IMG/VR virus record: IMGVR_UViG_3300027753_000082
Span: 1-24,408 of that record
Reading direction: 5' to 3' (one strand)
DNA length: 24,408 nucleotides
From: a virus
Lineage: Duplodnaviria > Caudoviricetes
Below are positions 7,855-15,794 of the stretch, one piece after another. The notes beneath the pieces are model-generated. The model ran no database searches, was not told the origin of the DNA, and worked only from the letters and a program-made list of their open reading frames with translations. Every line of letters begins with the position of its first letter. The stretch's first letter is position 1. Position numbers and translations under genes: made by a program.

Positions 7855-9962
7855 TATTGTACTGGGCCTTGTCCTGTATTACCTGAGAAGCCTTGTTCTC
7901 CCGGCTGAGGGGCTGTACCGATACCTATGTTACCTCCACCGCCTCCGGCAGTATCAGTCACTCCTGGTGGCCCTCCTGCGCCCTGAGGGGCTTGTCCAGG
8001 TGGAGGTGCTGGGGGAGGGTTAGCCTCTTGGAACTTCTTGAGTATTTCTGCTTGTACCGCAGCATCACCCATAGAGTTTACTAGTTTGTCTGGATCAAGG
8101 TCCATAGACTTAGCAATCTCACGGATAATGTAGTCCATCTTAGCAAATGGTGCTAGTACCGGATTCTGTACTACTTGCAAGAACTGCATAAGTCTTTGAC
8201 TACGTACTTCATTAGCCATCAGACTTTCTGTGCCACGAGCTTTTACGTCAAGGTCACCCTTAATTTCTGGATCATAGTCAAACTGCATGTTAAAGTGAAA
8301 GAATGCTTTTGCCAATGGGCCTAGAAGATAATCATCTACGTTTTTAATTACATTTCTAATACTACCATTAGCTGCAGACATAAGCATGGAAATACCAGAG
8401 GCTGTCCTACCTACACCAGACACCCCTGTCTGACCGTGAGCAAACGAAGGAAAGCCAGTAGATTCGTCAGCAAGCACACGAGCCTTGTCGAACATTTGCA
8501 TGTTCTCGTTAGACACGTTGGGGAATTTAGTTCCGAAGATAGCTTGGCCAGGGGCACCCCCCTGACGACGAAAGACCTTGCCTGGATAGACACTTAAGTC
8601 TTGCCCCGGCACTAAGTTAGTTTCATCTACTTCAATTAACATATTACCAGATAGTGCAGCATTGTCAACAGCCATACGCATAAAGCCGTTCATCAATGTT
8701 TGAGTGTCATCCATGTTCTCCGCAAGGCCTACACCAAACATAGAGTACGGGTTTACTTCGTAGGGTACTGAGTAGTAAGGGATAATAGAAGGTGTAAATG
8801 GATTCATCACAAGACGTAGGACTTGACCGTTACAAACCCAGATGTTTACAGATACTTGATCTATATCCTTGAGTTCATCTGGTACGTCTACATCATGCCC
8901 TTCAAGTACTTCTGTATCCACGTTACCCCAGAACTCCAGAACCTCGAAACGCTCTGCATTAGATTCTTGGGAATCATCCTCCATGACCTGTTCCCACCAC
9001 TGTTTGACGTAGGATTCTCCCATGGCAACAGCGTTATCAATCGAGTTCTTACGGAAGAAAGGACGGTTCTTAAGGTTACGTAGCTGGGTACGAGACATTT
9101 TGTGGCGTTCAACCACGTACTCAGCTTCATCCATATTAGCTGCGTCTGGATCGGGATAAAAATTCCAAACAGAGACTGAAGATGTTTGCGGGACCGTCTT
9201 ATAAAGTGGTTCATATTCACCTCCATCAGACCAGTTAGGGTACTCTTTATCTACAGCAAATGGACCCTTCATAACCCCAGTGCCGAACAGGGCGCATTCA
9301 AATGCCGCTACACGTAACTGTTTGTTTGCGTTAGATTCTTCTAGCTGGTCATGGATTTTCTTTTCCATCTTCTTAGCTGAGATCATAGCTGGGTGTATGG
9401 TAACTTCTGTGGCTGTACCACCTGGGCCTTCTTTTAACTCTGTAATAACAGGAGAAAGTTTTTTCTCCATTCCCGCAAGTCTTTCACGCAGGTCAGAAGA
9501 AGTTTCACCAGGAAGTAATTTCATTTCTTCTGGAGAAAACTCAGCCTTAGCTTTTTGCATGTCAGTGTTAGTCTCAAAGTTTACCGATTCTGCAACACCC
9601 TCTGGTAAAGTAGTGGGGTCAATAGAAATGGGAAACTTTGTATTACCAAATAATACTTCTACAATTTGACCGTAAGCAGCAAGTACTTTTGTTTTAGTAA
9701 CTTTAACAAAGACTTGAGACTTTTCCGTAGAAGTAAACTGCACATCAGAACCATACAAACCACGGTAGTTTCGATAAGCTTTTACCCAACGCTCTTCTTC
9801 AGTTTCTCTGGAGGTAGATGCTTTTGAGTACCGATCTGTAACTAAAGAAACAATAGTTCCAACTACCGGATCAGAGTAACCACCTTCATCCATGTCCTCG
9901 ATAGCTCTAGATTCAGCTGAGTCCATAGCCATTTCGTTTTCAAAGATTTCGTCTTCTTCCAT
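7854..9962 (-). CDS. Portal protein (702 aa)
   Basis: Follows TerL. Size and motifs (ALFGTGVMKGP, SVWNFYPDP, FGVGLAENMDDTQ, DESTG, RTASGISMLM) fit P22-like portals; Pro/Gly-rich tail. Confidence 0.9.
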   Translation of the reverse strand: MEEDEIFENEMAMDSAESRAIEDMDEGGYSDPVVGTIVSLVTDRYSKASTSRETEEERWVKAYRNYRGLYGSDVQFTSTEKSQVFVKVTKTKVLAAYGQIVEVLFGNTKFPISIDPTTLPEGVAESVNFETNTDMQKAKAEFSPEEMKLLPGETSSDLRERLAGMEKKLSPVITELKEGPGGTATEVTIHPAMISAKKMEKKIHDQLEESNANKQLRVAAFECALFGTGVMKGPFAVDKEYPNWSDGGEYEPLYKTVPQTSSVSVWNFYPDPDAANMDEAEYVVERHKMSRTQLRNLKNRPFFRKNSIDNAVAMGESYVKQWWEQVMEDDSQESNAERFEVLEFWGNVDTEVLEGHDVDVPDELKDIDQVSVNIWVCNGQVLRLVMNPFTPSIIPYYSVPYEVNPYSMFGVGLAENMDDTQTLMNGFMRMAVDNAALSGNMLIEVDETNLVPGQDLSVYPGKVFRRQGGAPGQAIFGTKFPNVSNENMQMFDKARVLADESTGFPSFAHGQTGVSGVGRTASGISMLMSAANGSIRNVIKNVDDYLLGPLAKAFFHFNMQFDYDPEIKGDLDVKARGTESLMANEVRSQRLMQFLQVVQNPVLAPFAKMDYIIREIAKSMDLDPDKLVNSMGDAAVQAEILKKFQEANPPPAPPPGQAPQGAGGPPGVTDTAGGGGGNIGIGTAPQPGEQGFSGNTGQGPVQ

Positions 9963-9970
9963 GTTACTTC

Positions 9971-11491
9971 CTAATAGCCAAAGGTCGGGTCACTTACTTG
10001 AAAACCAGAGCCTGATGTTGGGTTGTAGTCAAATAAACTACTTCTTGGTCTTGTCATTACACCATAACGCAATGCATCGTATAGGTGATCTTCTGCGTGA
10101 GTATCTACGTCTTCTGGATTATTTTTATCCAATGGTATAGAAGGTAGTTGAGAAATTAAATTTCTGCAGCTGTTAAAAATAACTAACCTAGGTTGTTCAG
10201 TAAACTCATCTACTTGCAACCTTCTGTGTATTTCATTCTTACCGGATACACGGGAACCTTTAGATCTATCTGCAGGTCTCCATCTGCAACCCTTGACAAT
10301 CATTTGCTCTGCAAGTGAGGGTCCAGTATCTCCTCGTTTATGCCAGAGAGAACTATCGAGAACTCCGTAGCGTATTTTTTCTTCGGACTCTACATCCAGT
10401 ATCATGTCGGCTAGGTCAGTAGCTAGAACCTTTTGCACGTACATTTCTCTATAAACAATTAGTTGCTCATCAGGTGCAACGGCTATCCAGACTATCCCAC
10501 TGTAAGATCCATAACCGTAGTCAGCTGCTCTAAATTTAGGCCAGCTATGTGGTATATCAAATGGATCAACTACATGGATTTTGCGGTTAAACTCTGGGAA
10601 TGCCGCACCTTCATTAATATCCCAGTCACCTTCAAGTAGTTGTCTTCTTTGGTGTTCAGGTAGTGACAGAAGGTTAGCTTCGTACATTCCGTCATCAGCT
10701 AAGTAAGGATTATCAAACAATGTAGCTGGAATAAATCTTCTTTTAAATAGTGGTTGGCCTTCCCTAGTGTGACCCTTAGGCCAAGCTATAGTTTCACCAG
10801 TTTCAGGATCAGTAGCCCAAAAAGCTTTTCTTGGCGTACCGGGATCAATAAAGGTTTTCTTAACCCACTGATGTCCTGGACCTCCAGGGTTAGTAGTAGC
10901 CCTCATGTAAAGAGGTAACCCGCTAGCTTTAGTAGTACGTAGACGTGACCTCATATAATTCCATGGGTACGGGGTAGTCCACTGAGTAAGTTCGTCAAAT
11001 CCAATCCAGTTAAAGGCTTGCCCCTGATACCGCATAACGTCATCGTCACGATCAAGGTAGGACATCCAGAGTGTTGCTCCACTGGGAGCTACCCAAGTCT
11101 TATCTCTTTCCATAAACTTAATACCTGGTATTGCTCTGGGGTACAGTTGTTTACTTACGGATATAAGTTCTCTAAGTTCCTCCGTACTACGACGAACAAG
11201 AAGCATTTGAGCATTGGGGTTATTCAAATAGCGTACTGGGTCAGCAATCATAGCGTAAGACTTGCCGCCCCCAGCTGAGCCACCATACAAAACTTCCTGC
11301 TCAGTAGAGGCTAGAAACTCAGTTTGTGGGCCTGGATTAGGCTCAAACAAGATCTCCCTTTGAGCCGAAGCTATATCAATAGGTTCAGGTATAACTCTAG
11401 CTGGAACCTTCTCCGACTTGACGTCTTTTACCGAGTCTGTTGCTTTCGAGCTTTTCCGCTTTTTCTGCTGCCTCTTTGTACCTTTCGGCAT
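9971..11491 (-). CDS. terL: Terminase large subunit (start uncertain: ATG 11491 or TTG 11533)
   Basis: PNPGPQ, Walker A YGGSAGGGKS, Walker B WIGFDE, motif III ATTNPGG, nuclease acidic residues AADYG and EDHLYDALRY. Confidence 0.93.
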   Translation of the reverse strand: MPKGTKRQQKKRKSSKATDSVKDVKSEKVPARVIPEPIDIASAQREILFEPNPGPQTEFLASTEQEVLYGGSAGGGKSYAMIADPVRYLNNPNAQMLLVRRSTEELRELISVSKQLYPRAIPGIKFMERDKTWVAPSGATLWMSYLDRDDDVMRYQGQAFNWIGFDELTQWTTPYPWNYMRSRLRTTKASGLPLYMRATTNPGGPGHQWVKKTFIDPGTPRKAFWATDPETGETIAWPKGHTREGQPLFKRRFIPATLFDNPYLADDGMYEANLLSLPEHQRRQLLEGDWDINEGAAFPEFNRKIHVVDPFDIPHSWPKFRAADYGYGSYSGIVWIAVAPDEQLIVYREMYVQKVLATDLADMILDVESEEKIRYGVLDSSLWHKRGDTGPSLAEQMIVKGCRWRPADRSKGSRVSGKNEIHRRLQVDEFTEQPRLVIFNSCRNLISQLPSIPLDKNNPEDVDTHAEDHLYDALRYGVMTRPRSSLFDYNPTSGSGFQVSDPTFGY

Positions 11492-11807
11492 AGAAGCGTT
11501 GGATTGAAGCTGCTGCCTTACGTTTTTGCTCAATCTTAACCCTCTTAAACAAACCTACATGAGATATATATCTACCAGATGCTTCACTTAACCAAGCAGA
11601 TACTTCACGATAGCTGTATTGATTTAAGTGTCTCTTAGCTTGTTCAAAAAGCTCTAGCTCTTCTGGGATTGGTAGTAGTATATCAGTATCATTAGGGTCT
11701 TGTCTATACCCAAAAGGAAGTAGTCTTCCTACTCTGACTAACGGTACCCACTCCCATTCACCATCTACTTTTTCAGGTTTAGGTAGTTTCCAAGTTTTAG
11801 TTTTCAT
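11397..11807 (-). CDS. Putative DNA-binding protein resembling a stand-alone serine-recombinase 'recombinase' domain (136 aa)
   Basis: GRLLPFGY...PEE...SYREVSAWLSE..GRYISHVGL pattern; no catalytic resolvase domain; lies between TerS and TerL. Confidence 0.6.
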   Translation of the reverse strand: MKTKTWKLPKPEKVDGEWEWVPLVRVGRLLPFGYRQDPNDTDILLPIPEELELFEQAKRHLNQYSYREVSAWLSEASGRYISHVGLFKRVKIEQKRKAAASIQRFYAERYKEAAEKAEKLESNRLGKRRQVGEGSS

Positions 11808-12162
11808 TTTCTTTCGGAGGCAAAATAAACAAAGGACTATCTGCTTTCACTTCAATCTTGTCAGTCTTAACAAAACCTGCACGATCCATAAAGTCTTTTG
11901 CCGCTGCCATCTTCTCTTTGTTGCCCAAATCGGTGGGGGATCTCATTACTTGCATCATAGCCCAGGCTGCTGCTGGGCCACGAGTTGCGATAAAGTCTTT
12001 AGTTCTTTCTGCCACTTCATCTTTTAAAGCAGACATAAGAATAGTAGAGGACGTGCCTTCGGCATACCCTGCAAGCTTAATAGCTTTAACAGGGTTGCCT
12101 TCAGCTTCCTCAAACAATGCATTTAAAAATGCTTGTTGTTTTTCAGTTAGATTTCGGCCCAT
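11797..12162 (-). CDS. terS: Probable terminase small subunit (121 aa)
   Basis: N-terminal LTEKQQAFL...GNPVKAIKLAGYA HTH pattern and C-terminal AAKDFMDRAG..K are typical of TerS; upstream of TerL. Confidence 0.65.
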   Translation of the reverse strand: MGRNLTEKQQAFLNALFEEAEGNPVKAIKLAGYAEGTSSTILMSALKDEVAERTKDFIATRGPAAAWAMMQVMRSPTDLGNKEKMAAAKDFMDRAGFVKTDKIEVKADSPLFILPPKENEN

Positions 12163-12316
12163 ATACCCTTTGCCTTATTTCACCTGGAGTAATACCAATG
12201 TCACGCAAATCTTTTGTGGACATATTCTGTAGTAGCCAGTAGTCGGCTCTTCGTTGTTGACGTTCTACATGAAGACCCCATGCACGAGAAGCAAACTTTT
12301 TTACATTTTTAATCAT
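12143..12316 (-). CDS. DUF1127 (YjiS-like) small protein (57 aa)
   Basis: Not in the ORF track. MIKNVKKFASRAWGLHVERQQRRADYWLLQNMSTKDLRDIGITPGEIRQRVYGPKSN. The RR...L..MS...L.DIG.T..I signature matches DUF1127; AGGA RBS and its own promoter. Confidence 0.8.
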   Translation of the reverse strand: MIKNVKKFASRAWGLHVERQQRRADYWLLQNMSTKDLRDIGITPGEIRQRVYGPKSN

Positions 12317-12373
12317 TTTTCTATCCTAATTTAAGTGAACCCCTACTTGGGCTAGGATAGTTTTACATATATA

Positions 12374-12402
12374 GTTATATCACACCACAGTTAATATTGC
12401 AA
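12374..12402 (-). promoter_or_regulatory. Promoter upstream of the DUF1127/terminase genes
   Basis: TTGCAA-N17-TATAAC(TA); same -10 as at 2480 and 15574. Confidence 0.6.
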
Positions 12403-12453
12403 CCCCGCTATTACCCTACCGGGACAAAGGGTTTAATCACGGTTATGAGACAC

Positions 12454-12996
12454 CTATTTTTTACGGGTAGCCATGTATCGGTTGAAACTTCTTTCAGTTT
12501 GACCCATAGAAAGAGGTAACCCAGCAGCTTTCTTTTCTTCATTCGTCATGCCCTGAAACTTTTTAAAAGTAAGACTCGCATCAAGATTTTTATTTTTAAG
12601 GTACCCACTGCCATTCTTATTAGCCATACGCTTTTTACGAGCAGCGTTTGGTCCAGTATCCTTACGTGCTCTCTCTGCTAATTTAATTTCAGCATTTCTT
12701 TTTTTAACTTCAGCTGTTTCTTCAGCAGTAGCGGCTGGAGTAGATCCCGCATTATTAGGCCTAGCTCTGGGGCGCAGGGATTTCTTAGGTGCTGCTGTTT
12801 TTGTTGGAGCTTTCTTTAGATCCTCTGCATAAACTGCAGCCATTACTTTACCATTTTTATCGGTATAGTAAAGGGCACCAGCTTTTTTAGCAGCTGAAAT
12901 ACTTTTGTATTTGCTAGCCTTAGCCTTTTCTTTAGCTATAGTTGAACCCTTAGATTTTATCTTATTATTCAGATATGTACGAAGTGATACAGACAT
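12454..12996 (-). CDS. Lys/Ala-rich basic hypothetical protein (180 aa)
   Basis: Follows the upstream gene after 5 nt; AAGG RBS; contains APKKSLRPRARP. Confidence 0.7.
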   Translation of the reverse strand: MSVSLRTYLNNKIKSKGSTIAKEKAKASKYKSISAAKKAGALYYTDKNGKVMAAVYAEDLKKAPTKTAAPKKSLRPRARPNNAGSTPAATAEETAEVKKRNAEIKLAERARKDTGPNAARKKRMANKNGSGYLKNKNLDASLTFKKFQGMTNEEKKAAGLPLSMGQTERSFNRYMATRKK

Positions 12997-13001
12997 TGGT
13001 T

Positions 13002-13430
13002 TTACCTTTTACCTTGTGTTGCTTTCATGGAGGCCCCACAGTTAGAGACTGATCCCCCGTGGTTGTAGCCCATGGGTTTCTTTCTAGCTGTACCACCTTT
13101 GTACATACCAGTGTGATAACCTTTTCCACCACAGTGTGAACAGCCTTTACCCTTACATTTTGGACATCTTTTTTTACTAGCCATACCACCCTCTGATGCT
13201 CTAAATTTTGCAGTCTTCTCTGCAATTTTCTTTGGTTGTTTTACAAACTGCTTTCCTGAAGCAGTGCCTTTTCTTTTCGCAGCAGTTGTAGCTGCGTATT
13301 CTGAGGGAGATAGTGCTTCCCTTGCTTTCTTAGGTAGGTACCTCTCACCAGTCTTAGCGCTGGGCTTACCTGACTTAGTACCCCATTTTTCCTTAGTCCA
13401 GCTTTTAAGCGATTTTTGAGAGGCCTTCAT
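13002..13430 (-). CDS. Basic protein (142 aa) with a CxxCxGxG-type zinc-finger insert
   Basis: SLKSWTKEKWGTKSG...GERYLPKKA...KQFVKQP, then CPKCKGKGCSHCGGKG; ATGA overlap with the upstream gene. Confidence 0.75.
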   Translation of the reverse strand: MKASQKSLKSWTKEKWGTKSGKPSAKTGERYLPKKAREALSPSEYAATTAAKRKGTASGKQFVKQPKKIAEKTAKFRASEGGMASKKRCPKCKGKGCSHCGGKGYHTGMYKGGTARKKPMGYNHGGSVSNCGASMKATQGKR

Positions 13431-13612
13431 GAAGTGTAGCCTCCACCTTTTGCTTTGTATTGCTTAGCAACCATTTGGGCTTTTCTCGCAGACCATTCTC
13501 CAGGCTTGCCACCTTTTGAACTCGCCTTTGCTTGTGATACGAGTTTCTTACGCATAGTTGGTTTGGTGTAGTTACCAGCTGCATTTACATTAGACTTCTT
13601 TTTTTGTTGCAT
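13427..13612 (-). CDS. Small basic protein (61 aa), GGKPGEWSARKAQ family
   Basis: NYTKPTMRKKL...KGGKPGEWSARKAQMVAKQYKAKGGGY; coupled to both neighbours. Confidence 0.75.
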   Translation of the reverse strand: MQQKKKSNVNAAGNYTKPTMRKKLVSQAKASSKGGKPGEWSARKAQMVAKQYKAKGGGYTS

Positions 13613-13800
13613 TATGCAGACTCTCCAATTTTAAAGCAACCCCACTTAGAGTAACCGCCCTGACTTATAATATAGTTGTGGACTATTACTGCATCTTTTT
13701 CACAAGATTCTACTGTTGGAAATAGCTCAATGTTTTTAGCAAGTACCTGGCAAGAAGTAACATCAGGTTGATAGCATACTAACACAACAGCTAACCACAT
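13612..13800 (-). CDS. Small Cys-containing protein with hydrophobic N-terminus (62 aa)
   Basis: Start revised to ATG 13800 (TGATG coupling): MWLAVVLVC...C...C...C. Confidence 0.65.
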   Translation of the reverse strand: MWLAVVLVCYQPDVTSCQVLAKNIELFPTVESCEKDAVIVHNYIISQGGYSKWGCFKIGESA

Positions 13801-14096
13801 CACCACTTAACCTTATCAGCCCAGTAAGCTGCAGACATCTTACCCTTTTTAATATTCTTATCATGCCTAGCTTTAAAACTAGCACGTTTCTTTTTCATTT
13901 TTTCTGATTCGCCTGACTTAGGGCTACCTGCAGTAGAGGCACCTTTCTCACCAAACTTGATATACTTATACTTACCACCTTCAGAAGCCATAACATGATG
14001 AGACTTACCACTGTCATCCTTAAGACGCTGTGGTTTATTAACGCCTTTTAATCCAGCGCTTTTCATTTTAGTTTTGACTCTTTCGGGTATTGCCAT
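13800..14096 (-). CDS. Basic hypothetical phage protein (98 aa)
   Basis: AAGGA RBS; NKP..., KYIKFG, KRASFKARH, SAAYWADKVKW, a pattern I recognise from small phage proteins of unknown function. Confidence 0.75.
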   Translation of the reverse strand: MAIPERVKTKMKSAGLKGVNKPQRLKDDSGKSHHVMASEGGKYKYIKFGEKGASTAGSPKSGESEKMKKKRASFKARHDKNIKKGKMSAAYWADKVKW

Positions 14097-14192
14097 CTTG
14101 CTGTCCTTTAAAGCAGAGGGGAACGTGGGTGACTCACTCTTTACCCCTGCTATATCTAAAAACGTCTGAGTAATTAAATAACTATCACCAAA

Positions 14193-14645
14193 TTACATCA
14201 ACTCAAAATGAGGTCCATCAATAAATGGCCTTCTGCCCTGGGAACGTCTGAGGTCTACGTATGCCATCATAGCATCTTCTGCTGTACCTGGATAGTCTCT
14301 AATATCACCTTCAGACCATGCGGCACCCCACTTGATTGCTACACCAAGTTCTTTAGCTGCCTCTTTCATTGCATCACAAAGATCGTCGTATACGTTCAAC
14401 TCCCAGCAACCCTTACCATCTACGTAGGCCATGAGATCCACTGCACGGCCATCCAAGTGCTTGGACTTCATAGTCTGAGACTTACCTGCAGCCACCAACT
14501 TTTTTTGTTCTTCTATTGTACGTAATCCGTAGATAACTCCAAAGTCTACCTTAGTATTATGGATAGCAGCTTTTACTACAGCTACTAGATTTTCATCTAC
14601 ACCTTCCATCTTGGACAGGCTGCGGCTTGAAAGTTTAAATGTCAT
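14193..14645 (-). CDS. Endolysin, peptidase M15 (L-Ala-D-Glu peptidase-like), 150 aa
   Basis: Start revised to ATG 14645 (MTFKLSSRSLSKMEGV). GLRTIEEQ, SKHLDGRAVD (SxH-x6-D), IKWG, DGPHFEL. Confidence 0.9.
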   Translation of the reverse strand: MTFKLSSRSLSKMEGVDENLVAVVKAAIHNTKVDFGVIYGLRTIEEQKKLVAAGKSQTMKSKHLDGRAVDLMAYVDGKGCWELNVYDDLCDAMKEAAKELGVAIKWGAAWSEGDIRDYPGTAEDAMMAYVDLRRSQGRRPFIDGPHFELM

Positions 14646-14646
14646 G

Positions 14647-15003
14647 TTATTTCTTTCCTGTAAAGAATTTAGATACGGAACGCATACCAATGCTGGCACT
14701 AACAATACCGCCCAATGAGTACTGATACCAAGTAGGCATAGCCTCTAATGCTGTAAATCCAGCCTGTACTATTTCGTTACCCCAGTCACCACAGAATGCA
14801 AGTATAAGGGGTATACTGAATAGTAAAGTAATCCACTCATCTTTCCAAGAGTTCTGAGTAGCTCGGATCGCCTCAATGTCCCAGTCGATCTCACCAGTAG
14901 CTTGTTTTACTTTAATCTCTGCATTAGCTTTTTGAATAGCTACCTTACCGTCAAGGTAAGTTGTAGCTAAGCCACCCACTGCATTTAACAATTGACCTAT
15001 CAT
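14647..15003 (-). CDS. Holin-like membrane protein (118 aa)
   Basis: Hydrophobic segments, SWKDEW motif, G.RS..K basic C-terminus; immediately upstream of the endolysin. Confidence 0.65.
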   Translation of the reverse strand: MIGQLLNAVGGLATTYLDGKVAIQKANAEIKVKQATGEIDWDIEAIRATQNSWKDEWITLLFSIPLILAFCGDWGNEIVQAGFTALEAMPTWYQYSLGGIVSASIGMRSVSKFFTGKK

Positions 15004-15320
15004 TTACTTGAAGCCTTTTTAGCTAAGTTCGTGACACCCATGAAAACTGACACTACACCTGCTACAGATACAAAGTATACTGATGCCATACTTCCAATAA
15101 TAGTCGAGGCATTATCTAATCCCATTAAACCTGTCAGAACTACTCCAGAAGGATACAACAGCATTCCCCACAGTGCAAACCAAGCCATCTTCCTAGTCTG
15201 ATCCCTGTGTGCGTCTTCGTCTTCTATGCGTCTACGCTTGTCATCTAAAGCTAACTTGTCCCACTCCGTCTGATCAATACAGCCGCTACCGTCCACATCA
15301 ACTTTATCAAACTCAGTCAT
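15000..15320 (-). CDS. Two-TM membrane protein with N-terminal EF-hand loop (106 aa)
   Basis: DVDGSGCIDQTE at residues 8-19, then two hydrophobic stretches; within the lysis cassette. Confidence 0.7.
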   Translation of the reverse strand: MTEFDKVDVDGSGCIDQTEWDKLALDDKRRRIEDEDAHRDQTRKMAWFALWGMLLYPSGVVLTGLMGLDNASTIIGSMASVYFVSVAGVVSVFMGVTNLAKKASSK

Positions 15321-15568
15321 CCGTACTCTCTTTTTCGTCTGGGGTCTAGTACGTCCTTACGTTCTAGCATACCTTCTAAGTACATAGCTCTCTCAACATG
15401 ATCGAGAGTGTACTTAGTTCCTGTGTCCTGGTAGATTTTTTCCCTTACGTAGAATACATCTGATCTCGGTATGTGCACTCTACGTAGTCTAGCTTCGTGT
15501 TTGTCTGCAAGAGCTAAGTAAAATTCCTCTAAGACAGAATCAGAAGCAAACATTTTTGGCTTTGACAT
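15317..15568 (-). CDS. Hypothetical protein (83 aa), first gene of the leftward arm
   Basis: ATGA overlap with the next gene; promoter immediately upstream. Confidence 0.7.
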   Translation of the reverse strand: MSKPKMFASDSVLEEFYLALADKHEARLRRVHIPRSDVFYVREKIYQDTGTKYTLDHVERAMYLEGMLERKDVLDPRRKREYG

Positions 15569-15573
15569 GAGTA

Positions 15574-15601
15574 GTTATACCTTTTAATCCTAGGGCGTCA
15601 A
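15574..15601 (-). promoter_or_regulatory. Promoter of the leftward (lysis/packaging) operon
   Basis: TTGACG-N16-TATAAC(TA). Confidence 0.7.
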
Positions 15602-15644
15602 CCCTAAAGTGGGACGACAAAGAAAAATTCGTACATCCAGATTG

Positions 15645-15763
15645 TACTTTAGTATATACTAAAGTATTACTTTAGTATTATATTTAAATAATATATTAAG
15701 TATTAATAATAAGGTATGTACTTAAGTAATACTTAAGTTATTACTCTAGTATATACTTAAGTA
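15645..15763. repeat. AT-rich array of TACTWWAGTA-like 10-mers (array 1)
   Basis: Copies start at 15645, 15657, 15668, 15719, 15730, 15742 and 15754. Confidence 0.85.
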
Positions 15764-15764
15764 T

Positions 15765-15794
15765 ATTATATAGTACTTTCTGCCCGGCTGTCAA
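15765..15794 (-). promoter_or_regulatory. Promoter reading into array 1
   Basis: TTGACA followed after 16-18 nt by TATATAAT. Confidence 0.6.

Noticed and set aside
1823-13225. Alternative-frame minus-strand ORFs (1823-2116, 4403-4618, 8411-8593, 8888-9226, 13025-13225)
   Set aside because: Fully nested in capsid, giant, portal or basic-protein genes, with no independent support.
66-15201. Plus-strand ORFs of the track within the leftward arm (e.g. 66-368, 3007-3255, 9280-9669, 11858-12232, 14208-14525)
   Set aside because: Antisense shadows of well-supported minus-strand genes, with no RBS or recognisable motifs.
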